From the NCBI GenBank assembly GCA_965214405.1, contig OZ243956.1, forward strand, positions 4,256,001 through 4,320,000: a stretch of 64,000 nucleotides of DNA, written 5' to 3'. This document shows, piece after piece, positions 36,327 to 48,767 of this stretch; position 1 is the first letter of the stretch, and each line of letters opens with the position of its first letter. The notes below the pieces were generated by a model. The model saw only the letters and a program-made list of their open reading frames with translations. It was not told the DNA's origin and searched no databases. The stretch is from Trueperaceae bacterium (lineage in GTDB: Bacteria > Deinococcota > Deinococci > Deinococcales > Trueperaceae). A program made the position numbers and the translations under genes.

Positions 36327-37310
36327 TTACGGAAGGGGGAGGCTCGAGACCGTAAACGGCAACTCCGGCGAATTCGTGTCGAGCTGCGAATTAACCACCA
36401 GCAGGCGCTCCCCCGCCTTGGCGAGGGTGGTAGGAAGCTTGAGTGACGGGTCGGTGATTCTCTGCTGAACTTCACCCCTCGAGAAATCTTCTGACAGCGC
36501 AATAACGACAATTTCCGCCGGATTTTCGCGCACGGCGTAGAGGGTTTGCCCCTCGAGCACAAGCCCGTCCCCCGTCGTTAGCGCTTCGCCGCCGAGGTCG
36601 ACTTGGGTGATTTCTCGAGTATTCACGTTAACGCGGTAAAGCTCACCCGTGTTGAACTGCACGGTAAGCAGATAGGTCCCGTTTTCATTCGCGGCAATCC
36701 CGTGGAGGTTGAAGCCGTTCTGATAGGTGATGGGCGTATTGGTAAGCTCGAGCCACGCCCCCATCTCGCCCACACGGTCTGAGGCGAGCGGCGCGCGGAA
36801 GATGACGGGGCGAAACGAGTCGGTAAAGTACGCGGCGTCCGCTGTGACGGTCACGTCGTTGATGAGGGTGTTTGGAGACGCGGGCGTTTCTAAAACTTTA
36901 ATGAGGTCGCGGGAGGCGGTGTCATAAACAAAAGCGCGTCCGGTGCGCCTGCCCGCGACGAAAAGCCTCCCTTGCGCGTCAACCTTCATGCCCGTGACCC
37001 CTCCTCGCCCGTCCGTACCCGCGGCCAGAAAGACCTCCAACTCGCCCCCGTCATCCCGCACATTGCCCCGGTAGATGGCACCGTCAAAGGTGCTGCCGAC
37101 GTAAAAGTCACCCGTCGCCGCGTCGTAGGCGACGCCCTCGGGGAGAACCGCATTTCCCGGCAAGGTGTACGTTACAGCCTGCGCGGACGCGAGGGTGATG
37201 ACGGTGAGAATCAAGCTGAGCGTGAGGGTGCGAATTAGGATAATGCCTCTCGAGTTATGGACTGAACGTTCTAAATTGAAAACGAGTTTAAGTTTCTTTA
37301 TGTGAGTCAC
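36327..37310 (-). CDS. Secreted SMP-30/gluconolactonase-like beta-propeller
   Basis: PEGVAYD, GMKVD..GRLFVA, INDV.V...AYFTDS and GDGL; start uncertain. Confidence 0.75.
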   Translation of the reverse strand: MTHIKKLKLVFNLERSVHNSRGIILIRTLTLSLILTVITLASAQAVTYTLPGNAVLPEGVAYDAATGDFYVGSTFDGAIYRGNVRDDGGELEVFLAAGTDGRGGVTGMKVDAQGRLFVAGRRTGRAFVYDTASRDLIKVLETPASPNTLINDVTVTADAAYFTDSFRPVIFRAPLASDRVGEMGAWLELTNTPITYQNGFNLHGIAANENGTYLLTVQFNTGELYRVNVNTREITQVDLGGEALTTGDGLVLEGQTLYAVRENPAEIVVIALSEDFSRGEVQQRITDPSLKLPTTLAKAGERLLVVNSQLDTNSPELPFTVSSLPLP

Positions 37311-37433
37311 CTCTTTCTCGAAAAAGATTGTTGGGTGGTGAAAAGCCTAAATAAAAAGCCCGCGTCAATCCAACAGCGACAGGGCTGTGGTCATGATGGG
37401 CTCGAGCACCCCGACCACCGCCCCCCCACCCCG

Positions 37434-37638
37434 TCAAAGCGCCCCCGAGCCAGCCGAACCATAGCCTATGGAGTGAACAATGCTGTCAAACGCCACCGCG
37501 CCCAGGCCCGCCAGCATCCCAATAAGCAGCGCCGTTCCCACCAGCGAGGCCGCCTGATACGGTTCGCGGTGGCTGGTGCGTTCGACAAAGAGTTTGAGGA
37601 GGGTTTTACGCTGTTGAAAGAGGCGGGCGCGGGTCATG
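37434..37638 (-). pseudogene. Membrane-protein fragment resembling the first helix of a ClC chloride channel
   Basis: ALLIGMLAGLGAVAF followed by an early stop; resemblance only. Confidence 0.3.
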
Positions 37639-37754
37639 AGCCAACCGTTATGCTGTAGCATTCTCGCCCCCAGCGTCACGCCTCGCGTGCGTTACGGGTT
37701 TATTCGCGCGGGGTCACAGCGGTACGGTAGAAGAAGCAGGTCAAGAAAGGGTAG

Positions 37755-38969
<1,215 letters not shown>

Positions 38970-39104
38970 GGGCTGCTGGACGGTGAATTCTGCTGCGCTG
39001 AGTTGAGGACAAAGTTGTGTGCAAGTTTCCCTGGTTCGCATATCACGGGGAGGGGTAAGAGCATACTTCAGACACTGTAGCGTTGTTTAGCTTAATGAGC
39101 ATAG

Positions 39105-39137
39105 AAGGAGCCGCACCGACTTTCGGCGCGGCTTCTC
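39105..39137. terminator. Hairpin between convergent tyrS and the AAA gene
   Basis: GAAGGAGCCGCACCG...CGGCGCGGCTTCTC stem. Confidence 0.45.
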
Positions 39138-39217
39138 ATGCGTGAGACGGCCCGTGACGCTGCGTTGGCCATAAAATACTTTTAGTTGAATAGTTTGTCC
39201 TATCTGTCGCTGCCGTA

Positions 39218-39685
39218 TCAGCCTCTGACCATCTCGCTCAACTCATCGGAGCCTGGGGGCTCGAAACCAGCTTTTAACTCTTGAAATCCTCCCGCCGAGA
39301 TGAGGAAGGCGCCAGGTGCTCCGTTTCGCCCCAAGCATCGAGCAAGGGCGACCTCGTCGGGAACACGGAGCCAGTAAAGCCGCGTCGCCGCCCCGACTAA
39401 GTGCGCTCGCTCGCGGACGTCGTCTCGAAGCGCCCGGCGCCAAAACCCAAAGTCGAGAACGACGTCGACCCCGGCCTTCGTCACTTGCGGCCAGAGGTCG
39501 TTGAGAGCGACAAGCAAGCGTTCAAACGCCTTTGCGTCCATTTCGTGCGTGGGTTCGTCTGCAAACAACTGCAAGTACAGCTCATCGACCGAAAATCTGA
39601 CGGCTGATTTTTGCTCCGTTAGCGTCTTGGAAAAAGTTGTTTTACCAGCTCCGAGGAAACCACAGATGAGGTGAACCGTCGCCAT
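39218..39685 (-). CDS. AAA_33-type P-loop kinase-like protein
   Basis: ICGFLGAGKTT, VVLDFGFW....R and FEPP..DE. Confidence 0.8.
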   Translation of the reverse strand: MATVHLICGFLGAGKTTFSKTLTEQKSAVRFSVDELYLQLFADEPTHEMDAKAFERLLVALNDLWPQVTKAGVDVVLDFGFWRRALRDDVRERAHLVGAATRLYWLRVPDEVALARCLGRNGAPGAFLISAGGFQELKAGFEPPGSDELSEMVRG

Positions 39686-39769
39686 GTTATTTTACCTTGA
39701 CCGCATTCGTACAAGAGGGACTAGTTTTTAGCGAAAACACTTGTGACGCAGCACATTTGATCACTTAAT

Positions 39770-40738
39770 CTAAATCGCCAGCACCTTTGCCAGCTCAAAA
39801 AGCTGCCAGTCGATTTCCTTGTGCTTTTCCCAGGTGTCGCGCAGGGGCACGAACTCGGTGCCGCGCTTGTCCACGCCGACCATCACGCCCGTTTCGCCGT
39901 CCAAGAGGCCCTTGACCGCCACGTAGCCCAAGCGCGAGGCCAAAACGCGGTCCCTGGTGCTCGGCGAGCCGCCGCGCTGCACGTGGCCTAAGATGCTCGT
40001 GCGGGCCTCGTAGCCGCAGGCAACCTCGATTTCGCGTTGCAAGGCCACCGCCCCGCCCGGATAGGCCCCCTCGGCGACGACGACGACGCTCGAGCTTTTG
40101 CCCCGCCTTTGCGCGTCGATGACCATGTTGACCAGCGCGGGCACGTCCACCTCGACCTCGGGCAAGAGGATCGCCTCGGCCCCCCCCGCGACGCCCACGT
40201 TGAGCGCGATGTGCCCCGCGCGCCGCCCCATCACCTCGATCAGAAAGAGGCGGTCATGGCTCGCGGCGGTGTCGCGCAAACGGTCAATCGCGTCCAGCGC
40301 GATGTTCATGGCGGTGTTAAAGCCTATAGACACGTCGGTGCCGTACACGTCGTTGTCGATCGTCCCGGCGATGCCGACGACCGGAAAGCCGTGCTCTTCA
40401 AAGAGCGCCGCCGCGCCGCGAAAGGAGCCGTCGCCGCCGATGACGACGAGCCCCTCGATCCCGTGCTTGCGGAGGTTGTCCGCCGCCTTGGCCCGGCCCT
40501 CGGGCGTCATGAAGGCTCTCGAGCGCGCCGTGCGCAACACCGTGCCGCCGCGCTGGATGATGTTGGCGACGCTTCTGGGTCCCAATTCCTCGATGTCGTT
40601 TTCGATCATGCCCTGGTACCCGCGGTAGACGCCCGACACGCGGACGTCGTGATAGATGGCGGTGCGGACGACCGCGCGGATGGCGGCGTTCATGCCCGGC
40701 GCGTCGCCTCCGGAGGTGAGAACGGCGAGGTGCTTCAT
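39770..40738 (-). CDS. pfkA: 6-phosphofructokinase
   Basis: LTSGGDAPGMNAAIR, IGGDGS, TIDND, EVMGR and GHVQRGG. Confidence 0.96.
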   Translation of the reverse strand: MKHLAVLTSGGDAPGMNAAIRAVVRTAIYHDVRVSGVYRGYQGMIENDIEELGPRSVANIIQRGGTVLRTARSRAFMTPEGRAKAADNLRKHGIEGLVVIGGDGSFRGAAALFEEHGFPVVGIAGTIDNDVYGTDVSIGFNTAMNIALDAIDRLRDTAASHDRLFLIEVMGRRAGHIALNVGVAGGAEAILLPEVEVDVPALVNMVIDAQRRGKSSSVVVVAEGAYPGGAVALQREIEVACGYEARTSILGHVQRGGSPSTRDRVLASRLGYVAVKGLLDGETGVMVGVDKRGTEFVPLRDTWEKHKEIDWQLFELAKVLAI

Positions 40739-40985
40739 CAGAAACGAGTATAACCCGTGTCAGGGACGGGCGAGTAAGGGGGTGCTTACGGGCGGCCTAC
40801 GGTGGGTCGGGTTGTTTGGTGTTTGATGGCGCGTCGGTCCTGCGTCTCTCGCCCTTTTTTCAACCTATTTTCAACGTAGCTCAGGCCGGGACGAACAGCG
40901 TCAACTTTTCTTTAGAATTACACCCCAGGCCTCTCCGGTTTACGCCCCGAAAGCGGTGGATAAACCGAGTTGCGCCCGGCAATCC

Positions 40986-42080
40986 TCAACCGTTTTCGTA
41001 AAAGCGGCTCGTCTGGTAGTAGTCCTCGTACAAAAGTTTGGCAAAGGCGGCCAGGGGCACCGCGATGAGCGCGCCCCAGATGCCGCTCAAGCTCGCGCCG
41101 ATGAGGATGGCGATGATGACGACCGCGGGGTGGAGTTTGGTGCTGCGGCCCAAAACGAGGGGCGAGAGGATGTGGGTCTCGAGCTGGTTCGCCGCCGTTA
41201 CCACCGCCAGCACGCCCAGGACCTGCCACCAGCCGCCGCTCAGCGCCAACAGCAGCGCGGGCAAGGTCGAGACGACGACGCCCAGGTAGGGCACGAGGTT
41301 GAACACGCCCGCTAAAAATCCGAGCGACAGCGCTAGCGGGATGCCGAGGAGGTAGAACCCCGCCCCGACGATAATCCCGACAAAACTCGCAATAATAAGC
41401 TGGCCCCGAAAGTAGCCGCCCACGGCGTGCTCGAACTTGGCCAACACGTCCCTGGTGGTGTTCTGGTAGGGTTTGGGGGCCACCCGAACCAAAAAGTGCG
41501 TGACCTGGGGCAGGGTGAGCAGGATGTAAACGGTGAGCGCCAGCAGCGCGATAAGCTCGATGACGCTGCTCGTCACCGCGGTGATGCTCGTGATCAAACC
41601 GCCCCCGGTGACAAACGCGCCGAGCCCCTCCAAGAGGCTCGAGGTGAGGTTGCCGAGCTGGTCAACCCCCGAGCGGTAGCCGCTCTCGGCGGCTGAGCGC
41701 AAAGAGGCGGGCAGCGGCAGATTGCGAATCATGACCGGCAAACTCGTCGCGTCGGTGGTGACCCGCTGGACAAGCGCCGGTACGGTCTGCGAAAACTGAA
41801 TCACCTGCTGAACCAAGCCGACCACGAGCGACACCATAAGCGCCACCAGGACCCCGAGCGCCAGAAAAAAGAGGACGAGCCCCAACCAGCGCGCGTGAAA
41901 GCGCCGCTGGCTCCAGACGAGCAGCGGGTAGACCAGATAAGCAATTAAAAAGGCGGCCACCGCCAGAAACCAGACCTGCCGCGTGCGCCACAAAAACAAA
42001 AAGGCGGCGAGAAATAAAAGCAGCGTCACGAGCGTCCGCACGTAGGCGTTGCGCCAGACTGCCGCGAAAGCCTGCTGCAT
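40986..42080 (-). CDS. AI-2E family transporter
   Basis: Multiple TMs; GYFRGQ, NLVPYLG and LSP..LG....LHP. Confidence 0.88.
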   Translation of the reverse strand: MQQAFAAVWRNAYVRTLVTLLLFLAAFLFLWRTRQVWFLAVAAFLIAYLVYPLLVWSQRRFHARWLGLVLFFLALGVLVALMVSLVVGLVQQVIQFSQTVPALVQRVTTDATSLPVMIRNLPLPASLRSAAESGYRSGVDQLGNLTSSLLEGLGAFVTGGGLITSITAVTSSVIELIALLALTVYILLTLPQVTHFLVRVAPKPYQNTTRDVLAKFEHAVGGYFRGQLIIASFVGIIVGAGFYLLGIPLALSLGFLAGVFNLVPYLGVVVSTLPALLLALSGGWWQVLGVLAVVTAANQLETHILSPLVLGRSTKLHPAVVIIAILIGASLSGIWGALIAVPLAAFAKLLYEDYYQTSRFYENG

Positions 42081-42199
42081 TACCCGGCCTCGCCGCTTCG
42101 CTGCCCCGCGCGCCGTACACGCAATCTGTCAACCCGCTTAAACGGCGGGTGAGCAGCCTGGAGAGGTTGACGAAGCGTGACACCTTGGCAGCATTGTGA

Positions 42200-42480
42200 G
42201 CAGGTGCCTGGCCGAGGGTTGAAAAAGCGTCGGGCCGTCCCGTGGCTCCCGCCCCGCTGCGTCCACCAGGAGATACTCAAGCTCGCGCCGCGCCCGCTCA
42301 CGTTCAGCAGGGCCTGCATGATGACGCTAAGTCGGCGCAGACGTTTCTTGTTTGGCAGACGCTCGTCTAGAGGGTCTGTAAGAGGCTGCAAACCTACGCT
42401 ATAGTCCAGCATAAGGAACTCCGTTTCGTGTGGTCTTCAGCAAACTTCACTTTAGCAACGGAGTTCCTTATTTCCTAGGG
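42200..42480 (-). mobile_element. Remnant of an IS4/IS701-like element (left end plus transposase N-terminus)
   Basis: LRRLSVIMQALLNVSGR...LSISWWTQRGGSHGTARRFF resembles a transposase N-terminus. A perfect 15-bp IR (42411-42425 / 42457-42471) covers the SD and start. Confidence 0.5.
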
Positions 42481-42592
42481 GTTGGCGTGGGTTGGTGAAA
42501 GTGCTGGGTGACCCTCCTCATATTTTCACATCTGAGACTGCGCCACAGTCTCGGTACTCGTTGCTGAGGGTCTACCCGGCGCGTAAGCTGAG

Positions 42593-43615
42593 TTAAAAAG
42601 CCCCTGTCAGCTCGAGCCCAACCCCCACCGTCACGGCGGCCTCGCTAAAACCCGCGTTGAGGCTTAAAACGGAAGAGACGTCGCCGTCCACTACATTCAC
42701 GCTCGCGCCGAGCACGCCCAAGACCCCGCTCTCCGGCAGGCCTGCGCCCGCTTGAAAAATCCAGGTTGCGTCGTCCTGCGGCACCTGAAGCTGCCCGGTG
42801 AGTTGTGGGTAAGACCTGGTGGATACAAACGAAGGGAAGACGCCGCCCTCGAGCGTCCATAATGAATCGCCAAAGTAACCCGTGGCGCCCAGAAGCGCCC
42901 GCGCGCTCGTGTCGCCAGAATTTAGGAGTAGCCAGCCCTCGCCGTAGACGACGGTAGCGCCCAACAGCCCGCTGCCGCCCAGCCCAAAGGTGAGACCGTC
43001 ACGGTGGACGCCCCCGTAGACGATGTGGCCCTCGAGTTCAAAGCCGCCAAAGTAACGTTTCACGCTCCCCGCGCCGCTTACGCTGCGGGAGTCCCTGTCG
43101 TAAAAGCCCGCCAGCCGCACGCGGGTGTCTTTCGGATACCACGTGATGCGCGCGCCCGGTAAGCCCTCAAATGAGCCCTTGGGCTCGTCGGCGGTGCCAG
43201 GGTCCTGGACTTCGGAGAGGCTGTAAGGGACGCTCAAGCGCGCAGTTTCTAGGGGCAGACGCTCTAACCCTGCGCTCACGTCCACCGGACCCAGTTTGTA
43301 ACGCGCGTAGAGTTCTGTAAGCTCGAGCCGAACAGCACCCTCGCCCGTGTCGCTCAGGACGGCTTCCGGGTCGAGCACCAAGAAGGTGCCGAAATCGTTT
43401 AGTACGTATTCGGCCTCGAGGTGGAGGTCTAGGCCCACCTCAAAGCTCGATACACCCGTCCGCTCGAATTCGCCCGTGGAGGTGGGCACACGAAGATTGT
43501 TGTAGCCGGTGTTAGCGCCCAGCGTTAAATCTCCGCGGTAAGCGAACTGTGCAAAGGCGTTCCCGAAGAAGATGAAGGAAGCCAGTATCACCATCAGTTT
43601 AGAAAACATAGACAT
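42593..43615 (-). CDS. Putative outer-membrane beta-barrel protein
   Basis: Signal peptide (AFA-Q), amphipathic beta strands and terminal Phe; last gene of the exporter operon. Confidence 0.7.
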   Translation of the reverse strand: MSMFSKLMVILASFIFFGNAFAQFAYRGDLTLGANTGYNNLRVPTSTGEFERTGVSSFEVGLDLHLEAEYVLNDFGTFLVLDPEAVLSDTGEGAVRLELTELYARYKLGPVDVSAGLERLPLETARLSVPYSLSEVQDPGTADEPKGSFEGLPGARITWYPKDTRVRLAGFYDRDSRSVSGAGSVKRYFGGFELEGHIVYGGVHRDGLTFGLGGSGLLGATVVYGEGWLLLNSGDTSARALLGATGYFGDSLWTLEGGVFPSFVSTRSYPQLTGQLQVPQDDATWIFQAGAGLPESGVLGVLGASVNVVDGDVSSVLSLNAGFSEAAVTVGVGLELTGAF

Positions 43616-43627
43616 CCTCGAGCGCCC

Positions 43628-44380
<753 letters not shown>

Positions 44381-44457
44381 ACGTTTCTCCTTTTTTGTTT
44401 GGATTGATGGAAGAATCGACAAGAGGAGATGACATTTCCTTTTTTCTTAAAGAATCA

Positions 44458-45678
44458 TCAGGCGATGAAGCGCATCGCCTCGACGGGCTCGAGCCGCCCC
44501 GCCGTCCGCGCAGGGAGGAGCGCGGCGAAAATCCCGGTGGCGAGCACAAACAAGACGATGATGACGACGCGCTCTGCGGTAACGCTCGTGTAGAGCACGT
44601 CGGGAAAGTTGGAGGTGCCGAGTAATTCCGCGGCGTCGGGGATGCTAAAGCCCTTGGCGGTTTGGCTCAAGATGAGGCCGCTCACAAGCGCGCCCGCCGC
44701 GGCCCCCACGCCGACCAAGAAAAGGCTTTCAAAAAGCACCATCAGCCCCACCCTGGCGCGGCCCAGCCCGAGCGCCATCATCACGCCGAACTCGCGCACC
44801 CGCTCAATGATGCTCAGATAAATCGTGTTGGTCACGACGAGGCCCGCCAGCACGAAGAAGAGCGCCAAAAACACGATGTTGATGGGTCCCAGGAGGTCCA
44901 GATAGCCCTTGAGCCCCGGATTCACCTCGGCCCAGGTCTCGACGCTGTACGCCCCGCCCAGCGCCCCCGCCACCGCCGCTTTAACGGCGGGCAGCCGCGC
45001 GTCGTCGCCCAGCGTTCGGTAGTCCGGCAGGTGGATTTCGACGCGGCTGAGCGCGTCCGGGGCGGCGAGTTCCTGCGCTGCCTGGAGTGAAATGTAACCG
45101 ACGCTCTGCGAGTTGGGCACGTCCAGGAGCCCCGTGACGGTATAGGCCGCCGCGCCGTAACCTTCGGTGTTGGAGGCGTACATATACACGGTGTCGCCGA
45201 CGCCGACTTTGAGCGATTCCGCGAGAGTTCTCCCCAAGGCGACGCTTTCTACGTCACCGTCAGAAGGGAAAGCGCCCTCGAGCAAATACTCATTCACAAA
45301 GCTTTCTCTTAACGCGGCGGGTTGTGCTGTGCCGACGAGTACCACGCCGCGCGAGCGCCCGTCGCCCTCGAGCAGGCCGCCCGCCTCGAGCACCGACACC
45401 AGTTCGGCTCCTTCGGGTAGAACGCTCTGAAGCGTCGTTTGAACCGCCCCCGCGTCTCGCAGGAGCGTGTCGCCAAAGTCCTGCGCGTCTCCGTAGCCCG
45501 CCACCCGCACTTGTAAGTGCCCGCCGACGCTCGTAAGATTTTCGTAGATGCCGTTCTCGATAGCCCCCATCATCCCCGACTGGACCGCCGTAAAGAGCAC
45601 CACGAGCGCCACGGCGAGCGCGGTAAAGAAGCTCCGCCCGCGTTTGCGGAGGATGTTGCGCCAGGCAAGCTTAATCAT
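44458..45678 (-). CDS. ABC permease (FtsX/LolC-E type)
   Basis: LAWRNI.R...RS, ERVREFGVMMALG and PAR.A.RLEPVEAMR. Confidence 0.9.
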   Translation of the reverse strand: MIKLAWRNILRKRGRSFFTALAVALVVLFTAVQSGMMGAIENGIYENLTSVGGHLQVRVAGYGDAQDFGDTLLRDAGAVQTTLQSVLPEGAELVSVLEAGGLLEGDGRSRGVVLVGTAQPAALRESFVNEYLLEGAFPSDGDVESVALGRTLAESLKVGVGDTVYMYASNTEGYGAAAYTVTGLLDVPNSQSVGYISLQAAQELAAPDALSRVEIHLPDYRTLGDDARLPAVKAAVAGALGGAYSVETWAEVNPGLKGYLDLLGPINIVFLALFFVLAGLVVTNTIYLSIIERVREFGVMMALGLGRARVGLMVLFESLFLVGVGAAAGALVSGLILSQTAKGFSIPDAAELLGTSNFPDVLYTSVTAERVVIIVLFVLATGIFAALLPARTAGRLEPVEAMRFIA

Positions 45679-45708
45679 GGTGCGCCTCCCATTTACCTGT
45701 AGTTCTCA

Positions 45709-46449
45709 CTACGAACAACCCCGCTCGAGCGCGCTCTGCTCGAAACATGCTTGATTGACCGCGACGCCGAATTCCAAATCCTGAAAATCAATCACCGTTC
45801 TTTCGCCCTCAGCCGTCAAGTTCTTGATCTCTAAGTGACTCGGAAAGTCAACGTCGTCCACCTCCACATAGTTCGAAAAGCTCAGCTCACGAACCGGGTT
45901 GCCGCGCTGGTCGTAGTAGGTGTAGGTCACGGGCCGGTAGCCGTTGGCCTCGTCCGCGACGAGGACCACCTTGCCGTAAGGCGTGGGCGCGAGGGGGTCG
46001 GGCGTGAGCGTCAGTTCAACCGTGCCCGCCTCCTGCGCGCTCACCTCGGCGGTGTAGTTTTCCGTTAAATCGTCGCCGCCCAGGTCGCTGTAGGAGAGGT
46101 CGGAGCCCAAGAATGAGTCATTCTGGTTGCTCGGCGGCAGCCGCAACACGCGCTTCAAACGCGGGTTGTAGAGGTACAAATTGTCCCCGTCTTGCAAAAA
46201 CGCCTGCCCCGCCTCCCTTGAAGGCGCAATCACCTGCGTGAGCGAACGCGCGTCACCATCCGACACGCTTCTGATTTGATACGAGGTTGTCTTGTCGGGC
46301 CGCACCACCTCCATTGTCATCACCGACGAATTACTCTGCCCCCCGCGCTGCGAGTTGAGAACCTTCTCGAGCACCGCCTCCGCGCTCTCCTGCGCCATCC
46401 CAAAACCAAGAGCCAAAAAGATAAGCACCAAAACCGTACGTTTCATCAA
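45709..46449 (-). CDS. LolA-like outer membrane lipoprotein-sorting protein
   Basis: Signal peptide; P..E.G..FL, Y.P...RV.R and SFLGSDLSYSD. Confidence 0.85.
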   Translation of the reverse strand: MMKRTVLVLIFLALGFGMAQESAEAVLEKVLNSQRGGQSNSSVMTMEVVRPDKTTSYQIRSVSDGDARSLTQVIAPSREAGQAFLQDGDNLYLYNPRLKRVLRLPPSNQNDSFLGSDLSYSDLGGDDLTENYTAEVSAQEAGTVELTLTPDPLAPTPYGKVVLVADEANGYRPVTYTYYDQRGNPVRELSFSNYVEVDDVDFPSHLEIKNLTAEGERTVIDFQDLEFGVAVNQACFEQSALERGCS

Positions 46450-46497
46450 AATCTCCTTTGTATGTTCAAAAACTCATCATTCACCACTAGCCACTCG

Positions 46498-47715
46498 TCA
46501 CTCCGCCCGCATCGCCTCCACCACATTCATCGTCAAAACTTTCCGCGCGGGCACGATGACCGCGAAAAGGGCGGCGAACGCCACCGTCGCGGCGGCGTAG
46601 AGGGCGAAGACGGGGCTCGAGCTTGTGTAAAGTTCGCTCCCCAACCCGAAGTCGGCAAAGCCGCCCGCGGCGCTTGAAAAGAGCGGCCCCAAAATGTTCC
46701 AGGTGCCCAGCACCAGCGTGACCGCGTAGCCGATGACGAGACCCACGAGCCAGCCCGCCACGCTTGTTATCACTGCCTCGGCCACGACCATGAGCGCGAG
46801 ACGCCGCGGGAACACGCCGATGGCCCCCATCATGCCGAACTCGCGCGAACGCTCCAAGACGCTCACCAGCACCGTGCTGGTCACCGCGAGCGCCGCGAAA
46901 AGGCCGAAAAGGAGGGCGATGAGGACGATGGACGAGGTGTTGTTCGCCTGCTCCGCGAGCGGCCCCAAAAGTTCGGTGAGGCCGTAGACGTGGATGCCCG
47001 GCACATCTTGAAGCGCCGTAGCGACGCGCGCGGCCACCGCGTCCTCCTGCCCTCTGGCGACGGCGAGCGCCACGCCCGTGGCGGTCTCGACGCCGGTGAG
47101 CGTGCGGGCGTCGTCCAGAGAAATCATGACCAGGCCGTCGTCCACCGCGGGCACATCGCTATCCACCGTGCCCACCAAAATGAACCCCAGCGCCTGCGGC
47201 CCGGCGAGCGAGGACGCCTCGACGGCGACGCGTTCGCCTAAACGTACGTCAAGCTCGCGCGCCAACCCTGCGCCCATCACGACTTCGTTGGGGCCGTTAA
47301 GCATCCTTCCCTCGGTAATTTTGCTCGGCGCGCTGCTTACCAGGGGCTCGAGCCTCCCCTCCACCCCGCGCACCTGCCCGTTATAAGAGCGATAGGCGGA
47401 CTTCACCACGCCGTAGAACTCGAGCCGCGGCGCGGCCCCCGCCACCCCTCGCACGCCTTCCGCACGGGGCACGAAGTCAAGATTCGGCAGCGCGTTTTCC
47501 GGGTCGGGGTCGCTAAGGTAGCCGGGCGTGGCGATGATGGCGGGCGCTCTCAAGTAGCGCGCCTGATTGCTCAGCAGCGACTGCGTCTGCCCGCGGTTAA
47601 AGCCCCAGATAAAAATCGTCGCCGCCACCGCGTAGGCCACCACCAGCACGAGCAGCAGCGTCCGCCGCCGCTGCCGCCAGACGTTACGCCAGGCGAGCTT
47701 AAAGGTTGTGCCCAC
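46498..47715 (-). CDS. ABC permease (FtsX/LolC-E type)
   Basis: FKLAWRNVWRQRRRT, ERSREFGMMGAIG and VEAMR; SD AAGGAG before GTG 47715. Confidence 0.88.
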   Translation of the reverse strand: MGTTFKLAWRNVWRQRRRTLLLVLVVAYAVAATIFIWGFNRGQTQSLLSNQARYLRAPAIIATPGYLSDPDPENALPNLDFVPRAEGVRGVAGAAPRLEFYGVVKSAYRSYNGQVRGVEGRLEPLVSSAPSKITEGRMLNGPNEVVMGAGLARELDVRLGERVAVEASSLAGPQALGFILVGTVDSDVPAVDDGLVMISLDDARTLTGVETATGVALAVARGQEDAVAARVATALQDVPGIHVYGLTELLGPLAEQANNTSSIVLIALLFGLFAALAVTSTVLVSVLERSREFGMMGAIGVFPRRLALMVVAEAVITSVAGWLVGLVIGYAVTLVLGTWNILGPLFSSAAGGFADFGLGSELYTSSSPVFALYAAATVAFAALFAVIVPARKVLTMNVVEAMRAE

Positions 47716-47835
47716 GCGGTCTCCTTTTAAGTGTGAATGGGGACGTATGGTTTGGGTTGGACATGGGACCTCCTCGAGGTGTGAAAAGTCGAAGGGCAAA
47801 CCCTTTGCTTGCCTACCCGAGTCTCCTCGCTGCGG

Positions 47836-47874
47836 GTAAAGTCGCCGTGTGGGGTTCGTAAAGGTTTGGTAAAG
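47836..47874. promoter_or_regulatory. Candidate OmpR-family direct-repeat operator (GTAAAG at 47836, 47858, 47869)
   Basis: Copies phased at 11 and 22 bp in the divergent promoter region between the exporter and the response regulator. Confidence 0.4.
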
Positions 47875-48085
47875 ACGAATTTGAGGGGGTAAATGAGCCG
47901 AGAAGCGTCCCCATCGTCCATACAAAGTTTCGTGGAATCGAAGTGAAGCCACACCAAATCTTTACGCTCGAGCCCTAACCTAGCCAAGACTGGGTTGAGC
48001 GTCCCTGCTGGAAACGTTGCTGAACTCTGGCGGGAGAGGGTGCTCGAGCGTTTTGAAAGTAAGTTGGACGTGAGGAGGTAAACTG

Positions 48086-48763
48086 GTGGTCGTGGCTCTT
48101 ATTTTGGTGGTGGAGGACGAGCGGGAGTTGGCGGAGACGCTCGAGCTTTACCTGCGCTCCCACCACTACCGCACCGAGCGCGCCCATGACGGCGAGGGCG
48201 CGCTCGCGCTCTTTCGCGCCGCTAAACCCGACCTGGTGCTTCTGGACGTGATGCTGCCCAAAAAGGACGGGCTTGAAGTCCTGCGCGCCATCCGCGCGGC
48301 GGGCCGCACGCCCGTCATCATGCTCACCGCGCGGGCGGAGGAGGTGGATAAGCTCGTCGGTTTGGGCCTTGGCGCGGACGACTACGTGGTCAAGCCCTAC
48401 AGCCTGCGCGAGGTGGAGGCGCGCGTCCAGGCGGTGCTGCGCCGGAGTGCCGATGCGCCCGAAGCGCGGCCTCTGCGCGTCGGCGCGTTGGAACTCGACC
48501 CCTACAGCGTGCGCGCGCGCGTGAACGGCCACCTCCTGCCCCTCACCCCCACCGAGTTCGGGCTGCTCCACCACCTCGCCAAAACGCCGGGGCGGGCGGT
48601 GACGCGGGGCGAACTCCTGGGGGCCGCCATGCGAGAGAGCGACGCCTTGGAGAGCGCCGTCAACGTCCACCTCAAGAACGTGCGCGCGAAGCTCCGCGAG
48701 GCGGGGGCGGCGGACTTGCTCGAGACCGTCCGCGGCGTGGGCTACCGCTTGGCCGAGCGTTAA
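48086..48763 (+). CDS. OmpR-family response regulator (BaeR-like)
   Basis: ILVVEDE, LLDVMLP, GADDYVVKP, LTPTEF and TVRGVGYR. Confidence 0.93.
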   Translation: MVVALILVVEDERELAETLELYLRSHHYRTERAHDGEGALALFRAAKPDLVLLDVMLPKKDGLEVLRAIRAAGRTPVIMLTARAEEVDKLVGLGLGADDYVVKPYSLREVEARVQAVLRRSADAPEARPLRVGALELDPYSVRARVNGHLLPLTPTEFGLLHHLAKTPGRAVTRGELLGAAMRESDALESAVNVHLKNVRAKLREAGAADLLETVRGVGYRLAER

Positions 48764-48767
48764 AAAA

